A stretch of 64,000 bases of DNA. Origin: Macrostomum lignano (Eukaryota). The stretch is taken from positions 372,001-436,000 of the forward strand of contig NIVC01000037.1 in the NCBI GenBank assembly GCA_002269645.1, given 5' to 3'. The notes under the pieces were generated by a model that was given only the letters and a program-made list of their open reading frames with translations, searched no databases and was not told where the DNA came from. A program made the translations under genes and the position numbers. Below, piece after piece: positions 56,601 through 64,000 of the stretch (position 1 is the stretch's first letter; each line of letters opens with the position of its first letter).

Positions 56601-58047
56601 ACCACAGCCACTGTCCCTCCAGGATATCCAGGACCAAAGCCACTCTCCCTCTAGGATATCCAGGACCAAAGCCACTGTCCCTCCAGGATATTCAAGACCA
56701 AAGCCACTGTCCCTCCAGGATATCCAAGACCAAAGCCACTGTCCCTCCAGGATATCCAAGACCAAAGCCACTGTCCCTCCAGGATATCCAAGACCAAAGC
56801 CACTGTCCCTCCAGGATATCCAAGACCAAAGCCACTGTCCCTCCAGGATATCCAAGACCAAAGCCACTGTCCCTCCAGGATATCCAAGACCAAAGCCACT
56901 GTCCCTCCAGGATATCCAAGACCAAAGCCACTGTCCCTCCAGGATATCCAAGACCAAATCCACTGTCCCTCCAGCATATTCAGAACCGAAAGCCACCGTT
57001 CTCTTAGCCATCTTGAATTTGTTGAAAGTGGAGTTTTAGTGACCTTGATTTGTACAGTTATAAAGGAGGAAAATAAAAAAGAACCATTTTAACCTATGTA
57101 AACATTTACCGTTGCAGCCTCCTTCTATGCACAATATCTGCTGTCACTCTCTCTTACCGGGTAATATTGCTGCAAAGGCAGGTCGCGGCTCTCACGGCGA
57201 CGCAAACGTAAGCATTATTTTTTGTCTGGTAGTGCCTGTCGAAAACCTCATGTGACAAGAATCGCTTAAAGTCATTACAAACAACTCACTAGTGACTCTA
57301 GCGACTCTGGGGCGACTCTTGTGACGACTCAAAAGACTGTAACGCGACGGAGAGGCGACTGTTGAGTCACGAGCGCATCACTTGAGTTGCAGAATCGTAA
57401 AAGAGTCTAGAAAAGTCATCCAAGAGTCGTTGTGTTAGTGCTTAACATTCTACTAACTCAAGTAGTCTAAATAGAATTTTTATAAATGCGAAATGCGATT
57501 CTAATTCATAAAGTGACGCAGATGCGCTTTAGACGCAACTCAGTGATTCTTTGGCGACTCTGGAACGTCTCAGATACGACTATCTGTCCTGAAAGCCTTC
57601 ATAGAAGCGCCCCAGAGTTCCTTGCCTCACCCAAGAGTCGTTTCAGAGTTGCTGACAATAAAACGCCTCAACTTGACTCTTAGACGATTTGTACAGTGAC
57701 ATGTCGTCGTTTTAGAGTCACCTAGAGTCATTTCTTTACTATTTTTAGTGACTCTGGAACGCTTCTTGGTCTCCATATCGTTTTCATCGGGCTGCGTCAT
57801 TCAATCGTAGAATAAATTAATCCAGTGCAGTAAATTTTTGAGCATTTACAACCCGAGCCTCTCCTCGCCCACTTCTGGAACCCGCAGCGCGACAGCGGCA
57901 GAGTCTTCATTCGTAGATGACCCGCTGTCCCTCAAGCGGCCGGCGCTGGAGCATCAAATTGGTTGGACCTTGAGAGGCGTGTCAAAGTTGTCTCGCCAAT
58001 TAGACAGCCTCGTTCAACGCGTCGCCAGCATAGAGAATGGACGTTAA
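50620..58047 (+). CDS. GRAM-domain membrane protein (GRAMD2/3-like architecture); join(50620..50767,51424..51527,51617..51712,54525..54644,56061..56431,57118..57207,57843..58047), 377 aa
   Basis: The spliced GRAM domain reads PARGTIVITRRHICFW...|VKLKFSDVVSICKEKVFSLFPTGIRIAT...|VTFSNIGSRDRLLQQLQSAW. It is followed by a poly-Glu linker, a hydrophobic TM segment (VSAGAVLSLMLLLLCTISAV) and a C-terminal coiled-coil-like helix. Phases are consistent; the 5' edges of exons 2 and 7 are uncertain. Confidence 0.8.
50775..51312. repeat. 22-24-bp minisatellite GGAGGATTAGGATAGAAGTCCTT
   Basis: Fills GRAM intron 1. Confidence 0.95.
51748..54425. repeat. 15-bp minisatellite GGTCATAAGGATCTG (~178 copies) with higher-order structure
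   Basis: Lies in intron 51713-54524; blocks recur at 690-720 bp and 390 bp. Confidence 0.97.
54682..55052. repeat. Perfect 23-bp minisatellite AGATTGAGGCTAGACTGTAGCTC
   Basis: Visible. Confidence 0.97.
55484..55915. repeat. 28-bp minisatellite AAGGCTCATGGGGGATTGCTGATATG(G/T)C
   Basis: Visible. Confidence 0.96.
56500..56985. repeat. 32-bp minisatellite GGATATCCAAGACCAAAGCCACTGTCCCTCCA
   Basis: Intron 56432-57117. Confidence 0.95.
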
Positions 58048-58154
58048 AATAAGATTTATTGTAATTAATGAAACAGGAAAATATTGCTTAAGTCCATAGC
58101 ATAGCTAATGCGGGTCCAGTATTTTTTAAACTGGCCACCTATATACTTTATTCC

Positions 58155-59112
58155 CAAGCAATCCACTGGTCACCTCTACCCCTATTCCCAAGCATTCCAC
58201 TGGTCACCTCTATCCCTTATTCCCAGTCATTCAACTGGTCATCTCTATCCCTTATTCCCAGTCATTCAACTGGTCATCTCTATCCCTTATTCCCAGTCAT
58301 TCAACTGGTCATCTCTATCCCTTATTCCCAGTCATTCAACTGGTCATCTCTATCCCTTATTCCCAGTCATTCAACTGGTCATCTCTATCCCTTATTCCCA
58401 GTCATTCAACTGGTCATCTCTATCCCTTATTCCCAGTCATTCAACTGGTCACCTCTACCCCTATTCCCTGGAAGCATTCCACTGGTCACCTCTACCCCTA
58501 TTCCCAAGCATTCCACTGGTCACCTCTATCCCTTATTCCCAGTCATTCAACTGGTCATCTCTATCCCTTATTCCCAGTCATTCAACTGGTCATCTCTATC
58601 CCTTATTCCCAGTCATTCAACTGGTCACCTCTACCCCTATTCCCTGGAAGCATTCCACTGGTCACCTTTACCCGTATTCCCAAGCATTCCACTGGTCACC
58701 TCTACCCCTATTCCCTGGAAGCATTCCACTGGTCACCTCTACCCCTATTCCCAAGCAATCCACTGGTCACCTCTACCCCTATTCCCTGGAAGCATTTCAC
58801 TGGTCACCTCTACCCCTATTCCCAAGCATTCCACTGGTCACCTCTACCCCTATTCCCAAGCATTCCACTGGTCACCTCTACCCCTATTCCCAAGCATTCC
58901 ACTGGTCACCTCTACCTCTATTCCCAAGCATTCCACTGGTCACCTCTACCCCTATTCCCAAGCATTCCACTGGTCACCTCTACCCCCATTCCCAAGCATT
59001 CAACTGGTCACCTCTACCCCTATTCCCAAGCATTCCACTGGTCACCTCTACCCCCATTCCCAAGCATTCAACTGGTCACCTCTACCCCTATTCCCAAGCA
59101 TTCCACTGGTCA
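58155..59112. repeat. 34/35-bp minisatellite (TTCCACTGGTCACCTCTACCCCTATTCCCAAGCA variants)
   Basis: Visible, downstream of the GRAM stop codon. Confidence 0.95.
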
Positions 59113-59969
59113 CATGCAGCCCCATGTCTAGGAGGATCCCTATAGGAAAAATGGGTCACTGAACCCTTATACCCATTTTCGCGCAACTAGACCCGAATGC
59201 ATGTATCTGACGTGGGACTTCTAGAGTTCTATATGCAAAATTTTGCTTAAATCGCAATTCAATGCTTGCAATAGCGAGCAATTTTCAGTAGAAATTGGCT
59301 CAGTTAGAGCATAACCTAATAAGTAGCTAGGCGAACCTGTTATCTAGGATTTAATCATTGGTTCAGGTGTCAACCCTGCCTCTAACTGTACGCGATTTGC
59401 TGTAAATTATTTTTTATTGCTTATGCGACCGTGTGGCGTCGTCTTCTTTAATGATTGGCAAAAATTATTTTTTAATTGTGTTTTATGATGCAGACGGGTG
59501 GCACAGACTCTGTAATGATTTTTATATAGCCAACATTCATACAAATCCTTCATCATATCTCTTGAAGCCATGCTAATTAGTGCTTATCTGTTCTGTGTCG
59601 CAACTTCATGAATTCTAATTGACTTTAGTCATATCAGCATTTTTACTCCAGATTTAATTATCGAATGAACAGAATAATTAAATCGAATCTAACGGACTCT
59701 GGTCTGAGTCCTTGAGTCCTTTTTAATTCGTTACACAAAAACTTGATTACATTTATGCATGAAAGAATTATAATTCATTCATGGCAAAGTCAATAGGATG
59801 TTGGCCTCGGAAGTGACACAAACACATTCGGCTGTGACACAAACATTGTAGAGTGTTCTACCTCCCGTAAGAAGACATAAAAGTGTTAATGTACTACTCA
59901 CACATTTTATTTAGTAGTAAATTGAAGAGCATGAATAAAGGTATGCTTTGAACTATAAGTATATTCGGA

Positions 59970-60270
59970 CTAACCAATAGGAAGAGAGAGACCTCGAGCA
60001 TGCTAATTTTAGAAATCACCCAATCACGTGCGACCAACAACTGTCAATTCAAACCCCACCTTCAAGTCATCATTTTGTTTGCACTCGGGTTGCACCCGGA
60101 TGAACCAATCAAAGTCTACCAGCTACGGTAACCAATCATGCGCTTTTACAGTAGACTAGTTGCGCAACTTTCTACCCTGTCATGCTTGACAGCCACCGAA
60201 TCGTGACCCTTTGACATTTGCGAAGACAGTGATGTACGACCTCGAGAGAGGTCTGAACGCCTATAAATAC
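59970..60270 (+). promoter_or_regulatory. CCAAT-box cluster plus TATA-like element (promoter- or LTR-like)
   Basis: CCAAT at ~59974, 60020, 60105 and 60132, a CACGTG E-box at ~60025, CCTATAAATA at ~60260, and a later donor-like G|GTAAG at ~60384. Confidence 0.35.
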
Positions 60271-60924
60271 AAGTGGTCCGGAACGGACCCGGAGCCAGAA
60301 AATCTCCAAGGGAGAGAAGCTCCGAAGAGGAAGCTCTAGTGAAGCCTTCCTGAAGAAACTCGCGTCGTGGACGAGTTCTTGCGGTAAGCCTTACTCATTT
60401 GCGCCCGTTGGTTGAGACGTCTCGCTCAAGTCTATTGAGACTTGAGTTTATTTGAGTCTGTTGAGACTCTTGAGTCTGTTTAGACTCCACTGGTTGCAGT
60501 CTCCAGAAGGACTGCCCCTGATAGATCTTAGAAGACTATCAGTGGTTTCCGGAGCCATACCTAGAGTGCATAGAGGCACTACTAGAAGGAGTAGGCTTAT
60601 ATTAAACCGCAGTTTGGCGCAGGGATCCCCATTGTTAATTTGGAAGCTTCCGATTGGTCCGAACTACAGATACCGGCCGGCAAGAAGTCAAGAGGACAAA
60701 GGAGATAACGGACCAGATCAACTGTTACCAGGCGCCTAAACTTCCTGAAGGACAGGAAAGTTACTGATCGCGATACTACGGACGAGGATTATTACGAAAG
60801 CTCTCATTTAAGGACTCAAAGGTAATTGAATACCTTCATTTGATTACTGGGTTGCCTAGCTACAGAGCTAGAAGTGATTGTTCCTTGATTACAGTTGAGG
60901 ACTGGTAATAAGGAACACATCAAC

Positions 60925-61325
60925 ATGTTCGGCAGTGACACAAACATGTTCGGCAGTGACAAAAACATGTTCGGCAGTGACACAAACTCGTTCGGCAGTA
61001 GTGACACAAGCACGTTCGACAGTGACACAAACACGTTCGGCAGTGACACAAACATGTTCGGCAGTGACACAAACATGTTCGACAGTGACACAAACATGTT
61101 CGGCAGTGACACAAACATGTTCGGCAGTGACAAACTCGTTCGGCAGTGACACAAACATGTTCGGCAGTGACACAAACATGTTCGGCAGTGACACAAACAT
61201 GTTCGGCAGTGACACAAACACGTTCGGCAGTAGTGACACAAACATGTTCGACAGTGACACAAACACGTTCGACAGTGACACAAACACGTTCAGCAGTAGT
61301 GACACAAACATGTTCGACAGTGACA
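60925..61325. repeat. 21-bp minisatellite GTGACACAAACATGTTCGGCA
   Basis: Visible. Confidence 0.95.
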
Positions 61326-61636
61326 CGAGCTTGTTAGACAGTTGAGCAAGCCTGTCCTCGCTTGTAGGGTGCCTGCAGCGTCAGAAGCAGCACCTCCTAC
61401 ACCGGCTATGGGCAATACGACTCGGCGTGGATGTTGTGGCCCGTCCAGTTGCCGACTGCACAACACGTCGCTTGATTCCACACTACTCGATACAATTGCA
61501 TAAAAATGCTCGGCTTAAGATCCAGTTCTGCTTTCTGTGACAGGGAGTTAGCAGCTCTGAGCAGAAATCTACGGTGGTGTGAGTCGGGGGGGGGAGTTCG
61601 AAAGTCTCCCTACATGCATCCACAATCTCAGCGCTT

Positions 61637-61732
61637 GCATGCCGTACACACGCAATTACAGTGGCTGTACATGCCGTACACACGCAATTACAGTGGCTGT
61701 GCATGCCGTACACGCGCAATTACAGTGGCTGT
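61637..61732. repeat. 32-bp x 3 tandem GCATGCCGTACACACGCAATTACAGTGGCTGT
   Basis: Visible. Confidence 0.85.
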
Positions 61733-62010
61733 AAGGACGTCCTTGATTGCCAACGGACAATATTTAGCAAGTATCCATTGATCTCCTTCCTTGTGGAGTT
61801 ATTATTACAGCAGCCACTCCATAAAAATATTTGTTCTCTCTGAAATCCTTTTAAAATCGAATAGGTTTGAAGCTTATGACATGTCAGCTTTTTTCTCACT
61901 TTGGTTGGGAGTAGACAAGTGTTTTTGCTCCAACACACATTTTCAACCGCGGTCAAACTTTTTTTCGATAATTTTATTAAATGAGAATCAGAGAAATCAA
62001 TTTAATCGGG

Positions 62011-63712
62011 TCAGGTGGAGTAGTAAGCCTCGATCTTCCTGGCCGTCAGGCTGAAGAATTGCTGCCCAGCGAACTCAAAGTCGCACGTGGACGACAGGCG
62101 CTCGTCCAAATCCATGCTGATGTGCACCTCGCGGCCGAAATTGTCCCGCTCGGAGTCGATCTGGCTGGCCAGGTTGGCCCGGCCGGTGTAGATGTTCAGC
62201 TTGGCCGGCTGGCCAGGCTGCGACATCCGACGGAGAATCTTCAACTCGAAGAACACCGTATCGTTGAACTGGGCCTGCATTGGGCGGTGATTGCGCGATT
62301 GTTCAATGACCGAAAGTACCGGTCTGTATACAAATCAGTCACTTGATTGTTAAACAAAAGACACTTTTTGAATAGACCAAAATAGAGAGATGGAACCAAG
62401 CTGGAGTCAATAACGAAGCAACAGAGTTGGCTTGGAAGGGTCAGGCCGTCGCGGCGCTACAGTGTCTCGTTGGTTATCCCGTCGCCGATCTTACGCCAAA
62501 ATGTTACTCGGGTAAGTCTGTCAGTGTCCACGGTCTCCAAGTTTATAACTTTTAGCTATTGAGAATTTTTTGCGAGGGATTAGCTACTCTGTTAAATGCA
62601 CTCGGCAACATTTTATAGTTTGCGCCTTGAAACAAGTAGCCAATTTTTCTCAGAGCTCAGCCCCAAGTGACGCAATTCACTCTCCATGCCCACGGTTCTC
62701 GTCCTGTCTCTCGTGGGTGATGCAATTTGCGATATAAGGCCACAGCTTAGACTGATGAGGAGAAAGCGAAGAGTTACGGCTACGGCTAGAGAAGGACCAT
62801 TTAGAACGTGATTTATAGCTATAGCGGAAGAATTTATTTTGACATTGAATTGAATGTTCAGTTTGCGCAGGCTCTGTGATACGAGCCTGCGCTTCAGGCA
62901 CTGAGTTAGCCGATCGTCTGGCCAAGGCTGGCTCTATCGGGGTCTTTTACTATTATAAAATTTTAAACTACGATTAAGTATGATTTTAAGTAAGCTGTGG
63001 ATCCAGTGCGCGAAAATCGGCCATGGCTTATCGTGCGTGCTACGAGCTAGACTCATGAGTGTACGTGCCTGACGATTAGAAAGTCAGGGCTGCTGTACAC
63101 CCTGTGTGAGCGTGTGTATGAATGCTGTGCCTGCGTACAGAGTCTGCGCGCATGTACGTGTAAGTGCTCAGAAAGTTAGCGGAATGAGCAGAATTGCTGT
63201 CAGCACTGGTTGTGGGACGACGTAGCTGAAGGCGTTGCGTCAGGGTGCCCAAAACCCTCTTGTAATTGTTTTTGTCATGCACGTCGAAGAAGTGTAAAGT
63301 GGTGGAAGTCCCATTGAAGCTATTAAGCAGAACGGCCACCTGCTACAGCATAGAAAATTCAAGAGTAGCTAATTAGCTCTAAAGGCGAAGAATGTGAGAA
63401 GACTAGGCGCACTAAGCCTTAAAGCTCAATTGGAAGGAGCTGAATTATGTAATAATTGCGAACAAACCAATCGAAAAATAGTTTCACCTGCATCTTGGCC
63501 ACACTCTTGAGGAACTCGCTGATCTTCGGTTCGCAAGTAAATTTGACGGACACGGCGCGCCGATTGTCTAGCCGTTGGATTTGAGTAATGTTGCCGGGTA
63601 TGGGGCCGTAGATGGACAGGCTCGGGTACAGCAGGAGCAGCTCGCGCTGGTAGCCGTGCTTGCACGACGGCGATTCGTCCGATGAATTCTGCGGCGACGA
63701 GTTTCTCGGCAT
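62011..63712 (-). CDS. Uncharacterised protein; complement join(62011..62323,62681..62917,63158..63339,63488..63712), 318 aa, possibly 5'-partial
   Basis: Exons 63488-63712 and 62011-62323 show GC3-rich codon usage. GT-AG junctions have consistent phases (0, 2, 2). No family was recognised. Exon 62681-62917 is phase-symmetric and the least certain. Confidence 0.6.
63000..63140 (+). mobile_element. 5'-truncated copy of the SINE-like family
   Basis: GTGCGCGAAAATCGGCC core and ATTAGAAAGTCAGGGC...CCCTGTGTGAGCGTGTGTATGAATGCTGTGCCTGCGTACAG 3' block. Confidence 0.6.
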
Positions 63713-64000
63713 TATCGATCGGTTGAAGCTCCTGCTTGATGCTAAATTTTAGAAAACCAAAACAACTGCGGCGTGACTATTGAGCAATTCTTAAATGTCC
63801 TTGAACTCAGGGTAGGCATTGTAGCAATAAAATGTTGAACCCCATAGACATTGATTAAGTTCTAGCTTAAATTTATCGATTATATGCTAGTTGTGTGGTT
63901 TGTCGCTATAAATAAAAGCAAGCAACTTTTTCATAAACACTCAACAAGACAATGACCCATCGCTTGACTCATTCCCTATGCCCACCCCATTCCCTTGCCA

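Noticed and set aside
58108-59145. 345-aa ORF
   Set aside because: Translation of a 34/35-bp array.
61340-61500. Exon-like GC-rich patch after TTGTAG
   Set aside because: All frames terminate quickly without recognisable motifs, and no partner exons were found.

Overview
Eukaryotic (animal) genomic DNA, not prokaryotic. GC-rich, poly-Ala/Gln/Gly exons are separated by GT-AG introns, many of them filled by a different minisatellite, with AT-rich intergenic DNA between genes. This style suggests a free-living flatworm such as Macrostomum (inference only). I assembled seven spliced gene models by hand using consistent splice phases: UBTD1/2-like (+, 763-2340); an 18-exon ~1365-aa gene joining a C1orf87-like EF-hand-type module to a complete EML HELP/WD40 (TAPE) domain (+, 7286-24209); an anion-selective Cys-loop receptor (-, 27426-35330); two divergently oriented Ly6/quiver-like three-finger genes (- 41037-41585; + ~43034-43997); a GRAM-domain membrane protein (+, 50620-58047); and an unrecognised gene (-, 62011-63712). 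Mobile DNA includes a very young full-length Mag-type Ty3/Gypsy element in an intron, a 5'-truncated LINE with a 22-bp TSD inside a (CAA)n array, a Crypton-like tyrosine-recombinase remnant with related non-autonomous elements, a CORE-SINE, a tRNA-derived SINE family, and probable RTE and hAT scraps. About 30 tandem arrays account for most of the long ORFs in the supplied track, which I treat as non-coding. No rRNA, intact tRNA or CRISPR array is supported. All homology calls come from recalled family motifs; no database search was run.
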